64,000 bases of DNA from Podarcis melisellensis (Eukaryota), in the NCBI GenBank assembly GCA_964234715.1, contig OZ174280.1; one strand, written 5' to 3'. Numbering within the stretch: position 1 is the stretch's first letter; each line of letters begins with the position of its first letter. This document shows, piece by piece, positions 1 to 14,559 of the stretch. A program made the translations under genes and the position numbers. The notes under the pieces are model-generated. The model worked only from the letters and a program-made list of their open reading frames with translations. It did no database searches and was not told where the DNA came from.

Positions 1-3000
1 ACTTTAAATCCACTTGAGTGACAACAGGAATGCTTAATGTTAATATGGGGCCAAACTTTTAGATATTCAGAAGATTGATGCTGTCAGATTAATGTATTTC
101 CTACATCATTTTTCATGTGTTAAGCATAAACTAGACTCAAATGGATCAAAATCAATGATCCATTAATTTTAATAGCAGGTTACATTAATGTTATATGGAA
201 ATGCTTTATTGATTATGTTGCTAAAAATGAAAATCTCTATACTAATAGTATATCACACCAGTGCAGATGAACAAGTCAGAAAATCCATGATAAATTAGCA
301 GAGAAGTTAGAAAATAGAATTTAGAAGTAGCCAAAGCAATTCCTTTTCCACAAACATTGGCTATTTTACTTTTATGAATAGGTTTTTTAAATGCTCTGAT
401 GGTTTTGTCACAATGATAGTCACATACAAACTGAAATAAAATTGCTTCAAGTGTTGGGGCTTCTCATGTCAAATATATTACTTTAAATTCTTGCTTTGTG
501 CGATGTGTTCTGGGCATTATTTTGAGCTGGTTATAACATAATTTAGTTCTCACAGTTACATATGGAAATCAGATGAGTCCTAAAGAACTTGGAAACTTGC
601 TGCTATTTTTTGGCATTTCTGTTGGTCCCAATAAATGTATTGCTCAACTAGATTTTTTAAAGGGTTTTGCTTTTCTCACGGACCAACATGACTACTTTTT
701 GTTTTTATGTACCTTGGAGAATACCAAATCTAGCTCTTCAGGGCAGCATCTACAACTAGAGTAAGATAATTTGATACCAACTGAAAATGGACTTTGGATT
801 GGACAGCTTTATCCCTGCTAACCATTTGACACTATGTTTTTTGATACTGTATATTTTGTTTTTGTCCAGTACACCTTCAAAACTAATCTCTAGTTTTAAT
901 AATGCTGCTATATTTGTCTTTTATTCTGCTAATTAGGAACCTATGTGTTTCATTTAAGGTGTTGGACAGATCTAGGTAACACCTGGAGTTTTGTTTTCAA
1001 AAATAGGAAGTAGTTATTGCTTTTTTTAAATCACAGAATCCTAGTATGTAACCTCATATCTGCAGTCCTTATCAGAGACTTATTCAGCCTGCAATCTATT
1101 ATCTTGGAAATGAGTTTACAAGCTGACCTTATGACTACAATATCCAGCCTAATTTTGGTTCTTGTTTTTTCCTTCCCCATACCTACATTGTGTATCGTAT
1201 TTCCTAATGAATAGTTCTGCTACTATTATATGACATTTTTATTAGTCCTGTGATAAATATATTGCCCAGTTGTGGATTTTGGATTTTTTACCAAAACCAC
1301 TACATTTGCTTTTTATGGGTTATCTCTGTTCAAAAGATAAGCCTACAAATGGAACCTTAGATTGGGTTAATATAGACAGTCATCTAGGTGAGTAAGAATC
1401 ACCTTCAAGCACCAGTCAAGAAAGCTTCCAGCTGATGTTGTGCTACAAATCACTTCCTAGGGCACTGAAGATCTGGAGAAGTTTGTGGATTTATTTCCAT
1501 GCATTCTAGATCACTGTTGTATTCTGCCTATGATCATCTGTGGAAAGTTAAATGGATAATCCATTCCAGTGCAGTTTTGCTACATATGTGTACTCTTTCA
1601 CTACCTAATGTCACATGAATGCAAAATTTTGCAACTAGTTCAGAATTGGTACAACTGCATACTTTTGTTTTAGGAAGTTCACCTGTGAGTACATCCCACT
1701 TATATTACAAAAACTGCCATCTCAAGTTTAAGAGAAGTAGCAAAGCTGCCCTGATGGATTTTGCTTACACCTTCAGTGTCTTACATATAAGCATATACAT
1801 ATCATAATTGTTTGTAACTTGCCTATTGCTGGATGATTTGCAGGAAAGCAGAAATTTAGGATATGATCAAGTGGATCCTGAAAAGGTAGCATGAGTAATT
1901 CTGATATAATACTTCCATGTGTATTCTTTCCATGGAATCATGATTTCTTTTAACCATGGTTTGTTCAAACAAGCAGACAAGCAAACGAGCCATGGCTGGT
2001 TTCTCCAAAGCTTGGTTTGTTTTCCAGCTGTTCTTGCCTCATGCCCCTGTAGCTTGGCAAGTATCTACAGTAGGGTGGTCAAACAATGCATGGTTAAGGA
2101 AGACTGTTGTGTTAGGACATAACACCAAACCATAGTAAAAATAAGTGTGGTTGGTGTCTGTCTGTCTTGGGAGACAATGGAAGAGTGCACCTTCGGGAAC
2201 AAAGTCAAACTGTTGGATAGTTACAGTGCCTGCTGGAACGATATGCGAAAGTCATGCTTTGTTGCAGCTGGGGCAGATGAATGCAGCTGATGCAGGTGTA
2301 CCATGGCATTTCTTCTTGCTGCACTGCTCCCAGCAGTTACTGCCCCTCTGGTCACTTCTGTTCATAAATAAGCAGCACAGAACCACAGCTTCACATTGTG
2401 ATTTGTTACCAGAAAACAAACCATGGTCTGCTGGGCTGGGTTCAGACACTGGAACAAACCACACTGTAGCTGAACAAGCCATGAATTAGTCTAATGTATA
2501 AACCAGGCCATTGTCAACTTTAGAAACCAAATTTATGCATAATATTGTATCTAAAGGAGATTTCTGCATTAAAGTATATAAAAGCATGAATAGCTCCCAA
2601 TCATTTCTTTTGCAGGACAGACATAAGTAATGTTAAAAATTTCTCTAACTTCTGTTTTCCTTGTGGATTCATCCAACCAGTCATTTTAATGAAACAGTGT
2701 GATTTCATATATTTTCTTTTTAAAATAGTTTTAATTAAAACCACAAGAACAGAAGTTGGCCTTTCTGAAAATCAATTACTACATAAATACTTCATTCAGT
2801 TGCCTAATATTAAACTAATATTAAACAAACCTAAACTGTATGTTTGTTTTTTGGTGTGTAGAAAAGCTGGGGTTCTGAAATGGTGTAAGTCTGTGTTGTG
2901 CTGCATAATTCTGTTGACATGTTTGTAACAATGGGAAAGAGGAAAGCCTCTTCTTTACCTGATGGCAAAAAAGGTGAAACAGGAGAGCTGAAATTAGTAC

Positions 3001-3914
3001 CGACATACTTGCTTGCTATCCCTAGAGGTTCTGCTGCCTCTTAGAAGAGCTGCTATATCATTTCAGATAATGAAAAATAGAAGCTCACCAGCCAGTCAAG
3101 CTCCACGGTTGAAAAGGTATCAGAGGTTTGTAAATTTTAGATAACTAATAATCCAGTATTATCCACTGCTGGATAATTAATATTCAGTAGTTAATGCTGC
3201 TAATTAATATCCAGTGGTTCATACTACTAATAAGGTTAAATAGCAGTTTCCTGGCAGTGAAGATAACACTCTCCTTTTGCTAGATTTTGGTGATGATTTC
3301 CTTGGCTAGATCATAGCTCTACTCTTTGTAGAGGGGAGGGGCAGATGAAATACAAATCTGGTAATGTAAAAATAGTATTCCTAACCTCAAGAGAGTGAAC
3401 AGCCACAGGTGATTTGTCTAGTATTTCTCTTGACAGTTTGCCAAAAGGCTATTACCCTCTTGTTGCATATGGGGGTCTTAGAAAATACTGCAATAAATAT
3501 TTGATACACAGAGCATAGAGCTGGAAGAAATTTGTTGAGAGAGAGGATTAGCAGATGTCGTTCATTTTCACGCTTATAACTTGATACTACACAGTGATTT
3601 GTAATTAGAGGGTTAAGATGGATTAGCTTGAATGAAAATGAAATTCAAACTGCAGAAAGTCTATATGAGCAGGCAGGAATGAAGATGCAGCCTCATAGTG
3701 CAATAGCACAAGATTTGAACTTGATATGCTATAGTGGAGGGCTATATTATTCAGTTAAATAATGTGATATATATTTATTATTTCGTTTATCTACCACTCT
3801 TCATAACAATATGACAGCATGGTTTACAAATATAACCCAATACAGAACCACATCAGTCAGTAAGAACAATCTTAAAATCTGCTCCAAACAACAGTGGGAT
3901 AATATTTTGATTTA

Positions 3915-4123
3915 TTATATTTATATACCACCTTTATATTCAAAGGATATCAAGGTGGTGTACATGGTTCTCCTCCTCCCCATTTCATCCTCACAACAAC
4001 CCTGTGAGGTAGGCTAGGCTAAGAGATGGTGGCTGACCCAAGGTCACGTAGCGAACTTCATCGCTGACGGGGGATTCAAACCTTGCTCTCTTTCTCCCAG
4101 GTCCTAGTCCAACATTCTAACCC
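3915..4123 (-). mobile_element. CORE/MIR-like SINE
   Basis: Contains ccatttcatcctcacaacaaccctgtgaggtagg...cccaaggtcac...ggattcaaacc, the typical reverse-complement CORE-SINE body and B box. Confidence 0.7.
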
Positions 4124-4376
4124 ATTCCCTCATTGCGAGAAGCAAAGCTACAGGGAACCAGGCAGAGGGCCTTCTCGGTAGTGGCGCCCGCCCTGTGGAA
4201 CGCCCTTCCATCAGATGTCAAAGAGATAAACAACTACCTGACATTCAGAAGACACTTGAAGGCAGCCCTGTTCAGGGAAGTTTTTAATGTGTGACATCTT
4301 AGTGTATTTTTGTTCTTTGTGGAAGCCGCCCAGAGTGGCTGGGGAAACCCAGCCAGATGGGCGGGGTACAAATAAT

Positions 4377-4427
<51 letters not shown>
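4124..4427 (+). mobile_element. Young L2-type LINE 3' end with (TAT)n tail
   Basis: The ORF2 C-terminus reads RAFSVVAPALWNALP..., followed by the 3' stem gccgcccagagtggctgggg...cccagccagatgggcggggt and the microsatellite tail at 4378-4427. It retains CpGs. Confidence 0.8.
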
Positions 4428-4428
<1 letters not shown>

Positions 4429-4559
4429 GCCACACTGGCTCTCTTAATATGACTAATCAACCATTCAGTAAATCAAAGGTCTCAGGGACCAGTGTGAAAC
4501 AACTTAAAATGTCCCACTTGAATAAGTGCATCTTAAGTAACAAGTGAAACTGAAATAAA

Positions 4560-4860
4560 AATGATACCTGACACACCTACAGAGATAGGGAGTTCCATAA
4601 AGAGGGTGCCACAGCAGAGAAGGCCCTAGCTTGGGACATTGCTCCTCAGACTTAGCCTATAGGCAGCAACACAAGAAGCCCTTGGCCAGTGATCTGAATT
4701 GTCAAGCTGACACATACCAGGCGAGGTAGTCGGTCAGGTACTTGAGCCCCAAGCCATTATTGTCAGCATCAATACTTTGAAGTCAGCTCATTACCTAAAA
4801 GGCACACAGTGCAGATTCTGGGGAATATGACTTATTTAGCATGCCATTGAACTGAGCAGT
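4560..4860 (-). mobile_element. Old L2 fragment
   Basis: agggagttccataaagagggtgccacagcagagaaggccct is the reverse complement of the L2 RAFS..AP.LWNSLP motif. Confidence 0.55.
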
Positions 4861-7800
4861 GGTGTTGTTGTTACCCTCTGGCCCCATTTACTACAGGCAA
4901 GGCCCAAAAGTTGTCCATGAGGGAATGTAACCATTGGGCAGAAAATTATTTCCCACTCCTCTCTTATGGCTTCCCATTTTTCATCTAGGAACATTAAAAT
5001 TGCCTCCTTGTTGAGTCAACCTGTCCATTATATTTTTGTCCAGAATATGACCAGAATTGAATGCTGCAGTAGAAAAGCACGAGACAATTATAGTGCGAGC
5101 CATTTCCTACCATCTAGAGAATTAGTTTAGGGGCACTTAAAAGACTAAGGGTGTATTTCCTATTAACAACCTCGTCTTCTTTTGATTTGCCAATTTGTTC
5201 TTTATTGGTGTTGGATTTTTTATATATTTTTAAAAATGCAATAAGCCTTTAGAAGTTTGGGCTGACTCAGATGATTTCTGTGTGTGTGAACAGTTATGCT
5301 TTAGGTATTTTTCAGGTACCAAATATTTGTTTATGTTCTGCTCTTGTCTGTTGTTTCATGTGGTTAAATTCCCTAGAGATGATCCTTTTAAAAGCTTCTT
5401 ATTTCCCTGAGAATGGAACATTTTGAAAATGTACCTTCGGTGTGTCCCTTCGGAGTGCCACATCACAGTCTGTTGGCGGGGCTGTCATTAGAAGCTGCTA
5501 TGTATTTCTGTTGCTAGGAGTAACCTGAATTATTTGCCTTTCTCATGGTTGATGCTAAGTTGTTTTTGAAGTCCTTGTTTTATGGACCTCTCCTTTTGGT
5601 TCTTGGGTACTCTTGAGGTGTGCTTGGCTTTGGCAGGAACAGACCCTCACTTGTTCCCGCAAGTCCATAGTATATCACCTACGTATGCATTGCTTGCTTT
5701 ACTACACTTCCCTGCCAACATGTGCTAATATTATTATTTTTTAAGAGTCACTGTTCACCCCTGCAAATTGTTCATAGAAATCTCTTAGTTCAGTTGTAGT
5801 CATGCCTGACCAGCACTGGACCTCTTGCCATATAACCTGTAGTCATTCCTCTGGCCCTTGATCTGCTCTACTGCTCTTGACTGCCTGGCCTTAATTGAGC
5901 AACAGCACCATGTCACCAGCTTAAGGCTATATATTCAGCAAGCAGAAGGAGTGGAGTGTAATGTGCGTTGGCATCTTAGAAGCTTGAACCTCCCATTAAC
6001 AAATGTTTTAGTTTCTCAAAATGTTATAAATTATCTCATTTATCTAGAGCATAATAACTTATTTTCTGTTAAAACATTCAGAGTGGTATACAAACGATCA
6101 AAACAAAACAAATGGTATGTATAAAAAGCAACAGTAATAACATACCATTCTAATTAAACTAAAAATGCTCCGTAACAAAATATTCAGAAGCTTGTGGGAA
6201 AACAGAAAGGCACTTAAGCTTGGCTGCAATCCTCAGAAGGTTGTTCTAAATCTTAGTGTGAGCACATGTAGATCTTCACTAAGTACCGTAGATTTTATCT
6301 AGAGAATAACTTTCCTAACTTGATATACAGGAATATGAAGCTGAATATGGAGGGAAAGCATGACATAAGGTGGTCATTCATTCATTCACCTGGAAAGTTA
6401 GCCCATCTAGGAGAAGGAAAACTCTGATCCTAAAGCCTTGCGGGGTATCTTTGGGAGAAGAAAAGATGGAGTAAACCCTTCACAAATCTAGAGTGGAGTC
6501 CCTAAGACGGTTGGATGGTGCCTTGTATGCCTCCTTCTGGCAACTCGTGTAGCCAAGCTGGTGTCAAATGTATTGCTCTGCTTTCCTTTGGATCACATCA
6601 GTGAGGCCAAAAGGGGAATTGTATTGTTTGGGCAGCAGCCTCCATAAACACTGCTCAGACTTGTGCCCTGGGAAGGTGACTTTTGTGCTGCTAATGCAGC
6701 GGTTTGTCATCACCCCCAGAGGAGCTCTCTCTCGACAGATGGATACCAATAACAGCAATATATTTTGAGTGAATATGTTGATAATGATAAATATTCTGTG
6801 CAATTTCTTTAAAAATATTCTGCACAAGTATGGAATCAATATGGTATATAGCACAAAACTTGGAAGCCTGCAAATGTGTAGGCAGTGTTTGAGGGGAGCA
6901 TTTTGACAGTTGTGTGACAAGCAGAAAGGAAACAGTACAGCTTTTCCTGACATGGTGTGAAGAGATAGGGAAATGGCACCTGGCAAATGCCTCTTATGCT
7001 GCTTTTAAGTGCCTAGTTTTATCGCACTCCTATCTCCCCTAACTCTCAGTCTGTTATCCACTCCCTACTGTCCTCTGTCACGGCAAAGTGGCACTATCCA
7101 TTGTCATTTATCAACCCTTTCCATATTAGGCCTTCTCAGGTCCGTAGTACCCTCACTTATCTTTTTGGAGTAATTAAAAATGAATGCAAGTGGAACTTAA
7201 AAAAAAATAAAAGTAATTTTTTGACCTTTAAGTCCTACTAAGCATGTGACAACTAACCACAGCACAGATCCTTTTAGAAAGGTAAGTGGTTTTCGCACAA
7301 ACTGATAAATGTAGTTTTTTTCCAGACTAATGAGGAAAACCACCCAGGGGGAAAATACTTGGCTAAAAAATTTCAGACATGAAAGTTATTTGTTTAAATT
7401 TTTGAGATAGTCAGGCATTTTCTTGAGTCTACCTCCTACCTTCCTCCTTGGGTTTTCAGTTCTTAATTTATTTCTCTTGCATCTTGATAGCTTAAATACT
7501 CAAAATAATGACCATTTTCCATATTCTGATTTTCATCATTCCTGCCAATATAAAGATGAGCTGATTGCTATGGTATGATTGACCCGTTATTTGTGAGAGC
7601 CTGAAGTATATTCACAGTGTGCCTACTGGTCTGTCACTGTTTTTTCATGTAATTACTTTGGGTTGTGTCTAGTGCTAGCCCTACTCAGTGTATACTCATT
7701 AAAACTAATGAACACGACTACCTTAGGTTCATTCATTTCAATGAGACTGCAGTCAAGTAGGACTAGTTCTGACTACAACTTTTTGTCTTTCATCTAAATG

Positions 7801-10800
7801 CATTCAAAGGATTAACCCAGATTTTCTGATGTTGATTCATAATATCTGAGTAGCAGTATTAAAGAGTCTCCAAATTGTTATGCATATTGCGGTTTTTCAT
7901 ACCATATGTCCATAAACAGTTTCTACAGTATAGTATGATAGGTATTTTGGAACTACAAAAATGTGGGATTGTTTATTAATCAAGCATCCTATAGGACGGA
8001 ATATATAACTAACCTTCAGAGTCCAGAATGAACCTGGACCTTGTATAATATTACCAGCTGTGAATATTCAGAAATTTTCTCTTATTCCTAGTCAGAAAAA
8101 TGTCCAAAGAGCTCATTTGGGATTGCATTATTTATCTTGGGGAATCTGAAACTGTTTTTTGAAATCTGAATAAATTTGTTGCATACTACTAAAATTACTA
8201 TTACTAGATACTAACACCCATGAGGAATAATGAGGAGCTTGGGGGGGGGGAGTAAAAAAATCCCCTCCCACTTCATGGTGCTTAAGTTTTCATGTTCAGA
8301 ACACCCTTGAGTTAGCCACAAACCTCCCCTGCTTTTTGAACTTCTTGTTTAAAACGAAGTCTAGAGATGTGTACCTCACCCTATTTCTTTCCCCATCCAG
8401 TTCACCCAATTCTAATTAAACCTCCAATGCATGCTCGTGCACGCACCCATTCACACACCAGTTTGTGCTACAAAAGGGGCTACGAAACCCTAACAATTTA
8501 AAGCAGCATTGTGGAACATCTTGGGTGTGCCTGCAGAATAGGTCCACTGGCCTTTCCTCAGGCCCAATCTCCCCCCCCCAACCCCCTGTCAGCTGGACAG
8601 TACAGCACACAGCATGGAAGAAAAGCAAGCTGCCCATGGAGGAAAAGATCACACTCCATGGGCAATTGGCAGCATTTCTGCACTGCATGTTGAGAAATTT
8701 TTAAACCCCTGAAGATGTATCCAATGTGTAAGGAAGGGTTATGGGCTGTCGGTCCATGTTTTCTTAGATGTGTGGAGTCTTTATTGGTTAAGCAGAGAAC
8801 TCTTTTCCTCTTAGCACAAAAAGAAACTGAGAAAGTGTGAAAAATGTCCATAAATATGTTTGCAGTTTTCTTTAACATTTTTGAAAGAGGATTGTGATAA
8901 ATGTGCTTACATAAATGGGATTTTTGTGGAGGAGGGAATTCACAGGTACCCATTTGTAATGACCTGCAAGGCTTTTGTACCTGGGTCAAAACAGTCTAAC
9001 AGGCATCTGTCACATCATGGTGCTTGCTCTTGACTAATGTTCTCTATTAATGAAAATGAAGAAACACAATTGGCAGATCATTCAGGTATGGGTAAGAACT
9101 GTCACTCAGATTGAAAATAATTGCATCCACAGTAGAGATCGCAATAATAGTTTCCAGAAGTCTTTGTTTAAAAACATATATGTGTTTCTTTCCTTACTGC
9201 CAAAGAACAACACCACCAAGAGCAAGAGTTCTCTGGCCTCCTCCTAATTTCACCTTTCAGAATCCAGGTTCAGATGTACGGATGCAATAGCAAATTAATT
9301 TAAAGAGAATATGATTCCATCCCAGTCTTTTGATTTCCAATTGAACCATACAACTGTTTATGTGGCAGCAATATGGTAAGCCCATTACCACTTGATAAAT
9401 TTTGTGCTGCAACTAGTCTTGTGGGTGCTTTGGCACATGGGTGTAGAATTGAATCCAGTTTGTGGGCCTGACCTTTACCTCCCCTTCCATTCCAGATCAG
9501 CTTTAAGAGGTGGGTGTGGCTCACGTCTCCTATCTTCTTGTAATGACTTCACTAAGCTAGCCAGGACAATTTGTATGCCTGTCCCACACCAGATGTCCTA
9601 TCTGACGTCAGGTGTACAGCAGATGGGCATAGCTTGGCCAAATCAACCTAGCAGGTCAAATGGAGAGGCCTGGTGGGCCTATTGAAGCCTGTGGACTGGA
9701 GGTTCCCCCACTGCTGCTTTAGTAGGTCCTCATTACATGTTGAGTTCCTTATGTTCCAGCTCAACTCTTCTTCTTTCTGAGCTTTCCAACAGGTGGTATG
9801 AGAGATGTCAGTGAACTCACAAAGCTAATCACTGCCAGAAATTAGGAAAGACCACTTGAGGCAGTTTCACTTCATCTCCAACACCTTGTTTAAAATGTTC
9901 ACATGAAACATCCCTTAGTCATGAACAGCAGTATTGTAGAAAGAGCTTAATTTGGTGGGGCGGAAGGGCTATGTGTAATGCTTATTTTGCATCGCTTTGT
10001 CCTGCTTAGCTGTCACTGCCATGAGTAAGTCCTGATAACATGTATTTTCTCTACTGCAACTTGAAATGGCAACATTGGACTACGTTAATTCACTGGGTCT
10101 TTGCTTCGTGTATTCTCACATACAAACTGGGAAAGACTGCAAAAGGCTTAGAGATTAAATTTGATCACTTGGAGGGTTTGGCCTCCCTGGATTAACCACC
10201 TATTTTATATTGCAGGCAGCAAAGGTGCAGCTGTAATTCAGGCACACTTGGCTAGTTCCAAAAGACTGTTTTTGTTTGCTATTCTTTGTGTATGCCTTTG
10301 CAAGCTAAGCTGTGTCTCGTGATACTCTTCTATATCCCTGCTTTTGTTTAATTTTGTACTGTAGAGGAGTGTGTGTTGTGGTTGTATTGGTGCTGCTGTT
10401 TCTTGTTTTTGAATGCTAGCTCTGGTGTCTTTCCAGTTAAGCTCTGTGTACCTTTTGTCTTTGAAAATCAATGGAGAGCAAATAAAAAAGAACTAGTTTT
10501 CAGTGGTACCTTTTGCACAAAAACCCTTTTATGTTTGCTAGTGAAGAGGCGGTTTCTCGGGATGCCAGACTTTGCATACAAAAAATGGCTTGGGCTCTTA
10601 TTAAGCTTCAGTTGCTATTTTTTTGGTATTTCTTTTGAAAATTATAGATACCCACCATAGCCCCTTAACTCTGCGAAGTCAGAAACCAGATTCATTTCAA
10701 TGTTCTCTCATGCTATAGAATATGGAAAAAGTAGTGTCTGCAAAGTGGATTTTTGACAAGATAGCAGACAAGGACGCCTGATAAAATGTGAATATTTTTT

Positions 10801-12131
10801 ATTTGCACAATTTTGCATTGCCCTGTAAATAGGTTGACCATTCAGAGATAAGCAGAATAGAGGAGAAGGCTGGAGGGACCAAAATGTTATGCAAATCATG
10901 AATATGCAGATTGGACATAGGAACTTAACATGAAGGACAGAAGTATAAAACACTTAGACTTTGTTCATACAACACTTTAAACCGTACTTCAACTAAATGT
11001 TGCTTTAAATGTGAACACACAGCATGTGCTGGTGCACGCTGCTAAAATCACAGACCATTTGCTCTTCTTCTACCCACCATGTGGGAAGGAAGAGTAGAAT
11101 GCTTGACTGTGTAGTCTATAAAAGCACAGGTTTGTCTTAATCCAGTAGGATGGAATGATTTCCGTAGCTAAAATATCCAGATAAGAACGCCAGCTGATGT
11201 GGGACTGGCTGGTAAGAAGAGATCTAACACTCTAGTTTTGCTTAAGTATCTGCAAACAAAAGGATGACATGAGAATAAATGAGGTTCTAGTATTTTAAGA
11301 AGCTTTTAAATGGTGTTCTGACTTTTCTCATATATTTGTCTGTCTTGCTTGCAACTCATGTTTAGCAAAGAACAGTACATCTTGCCTAAGATGTGAGGAA
11401 ATGTGCTGAGCTTAGGAGATATTTGCTGAAGTGCTGCTCTGGAGCATTTGGGGGTTTTCTGTACAGGCCTCATAATGGCCTCAGCTACACTTACCTGCAA
11501 GGGTAGTACAGCTACTGCAGATAGAATTACCTTTTTCTCTCACTGCTGAATTTTCTTTTTTCAAACTGTTCATCATAGTGATACTTTCATCTTATAATAG
11601 AGCAGTAAGCCACGGCAGGGTGTACATTGCTCATTTTCTGCACGCCTCAGGTATCTTCAATTGCCTGGGAGAGTTTCTGGCAGCTTCTTAATGTGCACCC
11701 TGGCATGGATTGGTGCAATTGCTTTGGCTTGTTAATTTTACATTCATTTGTTCATCATAGTCATTTAATAATCATATGTGCCTTTGGAAGATCAGGACAA
11801 CATGGGGGAAATTCAGTGAAAACTGAAATGAAAAATACTTGTCAGAGATTTGAGCTGCCTCTTCACTATTTTTGCTATGCTTATTGTTTGAGAGTCATAT
11901 ATACAGTCATATATTGTTTGAATGGGTGAGCTGCTGTGGAATTATGGACTCACGCCAATCTACATATATGTACAATTGCATGATCAAGCTTAGGAAAATA
12001 GGTTTGCCAGAGGAGTCACCTGTGCACAGCCCTAACTGGCTGGTGCTTGCAATATTGCAAACCAATTTCCTGTTTTGGAATTTTGTCCCATTGCTACCTG
12101 GTAACATGATTCTCTTTCTATTGTGTTTCAG

Positions 12132-12320
12132 AGAACCAGATCCCATCTGGCTTTCCAACCATAGACATGGGTCCACAGCTCAAGGTAGTAGAGAAGGCCC
12201 GCACTGCTACAATGCTCTGTGCTGCCAGCGGTAACCCTGACCCTGAAATATCCTGGTTCAAAGACTTTCTTCCTGTGGACACAGCCACTAGCAATGGCAG
12301 AATCAAACAGCTCCGTTCAG
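12132..12320 (+). CDS. PTPRF: PTPRF/LAR coding exon, first part of Ig2 ([30 protein letters not shown]...NGRIKQLRS), 189 nt, phase 1-1
   Basis: Acceptor tgtttcag and donor G|gtaaaa. The translation is near-identical to LAR as recalled ([44 protein letters not shown]). EKAR, EISW and ATSNG favour PTPRF over PTPRD/PTPRS. Confidence 0.97.
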
Positions 12321-14559
12321 GTAAAACAATAAAGTCTTCTCATTTCCTGACCCGACTCCACCCCAAATCTTTCTCTACAGGAAGCAACTGTGGTATTTTG
12401 TACCTAGATTGTGGGGTTCACTTTTTCACCCAACTTCTGCTACGTTTAAAACATTGTGTGATATGAAGAAAGGTTTGGGATTTGGGTGAGAGAGTGGATT
12501 TTAATAGTTAGGATATTTGTCCTTGTTAACTGAAGAAGCAGAGCCTTTTGAACATGCTTTCTTGTGTCCCATGAGCAAATGAGATTTCTTATCCATGACC
12601 TGGTAGCATATTGGATCAGAAATATATCACTCCAATTCCAATATAGGTTCCTGCTTTCAGGATAGTAAAACACATGTCACTAGTTGTTCCACTTAGACCA
12701 ACAGTCTGACAAAGAACATTTTGATTCATGAATAGTTACTCAGTTGGGCCAAAGACAGAAGCTCTTAGCCAGTTTCCAAAATGTGGAAAATCTGGATTTC
12801 TAAAATGCACAGGACATTCATGAACAGAAATCTTCCCTGCTGCAGAAATTTTCCCCATTAAATGAGAAAATTATAAGAATGAAGGTTGGGGAATGATGGG
12901 AGGTAGCCTACTCACCCAGCTGCCTCCCTCATGAATTTATGTTAACCTAATGGCAACTCTGAAGAGGGCTGCTTAAAACATTTCAGTGGCTTCATACGTT
13001 CTACAATTCTGCCTCTTTTGGTAACAGGGAAACTCTTCATATAGCCATGGTGCCAGAGCACAGTGTGGATAGGAAGTTAGGATAGTCCTTTTGAGGGAGA
13101 GAGAGAGAGATTGTGATTGGGATATCTGCCCCATTCTAATAAGCATACATGCCCATTAGCTGGCCTCTGATAACTACTTGTATGCAAAACTACTACCCCC
13201 TGCAAGCAATGTAACTCATGTGTGGTAGTGGTCGTGGCTCTTAAATTGATATATATCAGATTCTGCAGAAATGAGTTTATAATTAGCTCCTTGCTGACAC
13301 CTGTGAGACCTCAGTCTTGCAGTAGGCTCCCCCGCATATAGAGCAGTGAGCACTAATTACACTGATAAATTTACAGTTTATATAATTTCACAGTGACCTT
13401 TAGCGTAATCTCAATATGTTTGTGCTGAAAGAAAATATCATCCTCGTTAATTTAACTTGAAAGGCACTAAGCAGGCAGCATTAGGGAAGTGCATCCATGG
13501 ATACTTGCTCTTCATACTTACTAAATCAGCATCCTCATCTAGGAGGATTGCAGATGAGCTGGGCAACCCTTAGGCACATGCTGGGCTCTCAACAACATTC
13601 ACATCATGTGCACTCGCCTGCTGCTGAGCAAGCTTCAGGGAGGAAAAACCTGAGTTTAAAAACAAAACGTGTTCAGCACTACCGTCACGTCCAAAGTTTA
13701 TTTTGTTTTTCTTCATTGTAAGCAGTGTCTAAACTGAATTTCACCAGGGATTCAGAGTCCCCAGTTGTAGAAGACACTTGAATTTCCGGGAGGAGGGTAG
13801 AAATCAATGAGTAGCATATCTGCAGGCCTGAGAGAAAATTGATTAAGCTGTATGGAAGTAAATGAGGTTTATAGACTTGCATATAGTGAGCTCAAAAAAA
13901 AAGTTTAAGGTATTTATTGGTAGGAACATTGGAAGAGCTCACAAAGCAACATTAGTATATGCCGCTGATCCAAACTGCCTCTACTCAATGAAGCTTCCTT
14001 TCCAGCAAGTGTGTAGAGGACTATTGTAACAAAGTATTTCATTTTCATAATCAAAAGAGGGAACTTTATAAGTCTGCAGTTCATAGGGTTCTGAAACTGC
14101 ATAGAACAGATAATGACCCAATTCACATGTAGCACTAAGCCAAACAGAAGCTTAGCATGGAGGAGTCAAATCTCAAACTTATGTACAGATGTAATGCTAA
14201 GCTAAATCGTGGTTAATGCCTGGGCCATTTAGCAGCACCAGGGGAGGAATGCTTCATTGCAGTCTTCATTCTGGGAACCTGCATGTTTGCTTTTCATGCC
14301 AAGTTATGGTTTGGCTTTGCACGGCATGTGAACTGGGCCGTTCTATTGGTCAGCTGCTGAAGACTTGGTCCCTTCCAAACACTCTCCATTTCTGTGTAAT
14401 ATTTTCCCAGTATTCAGACTGCAGTATATCTCTGAACAAATGCAGTTGTTTTCCCACCAGAATCTATAAGATGTACTGTGCCATGTCAAATGGGATTGTC
14501 TGAGTGTCATGACCACCATTTGGATAGGCCCTGTGACACCACTAGTCTGAGAAGCTGAG

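Noticed and set aside
1-12131. Upstream PTPRF Ig1 exons
   Set aside because: I found no Ig1-like translation with splice sites. The region reads as the 3' part of a long intron.
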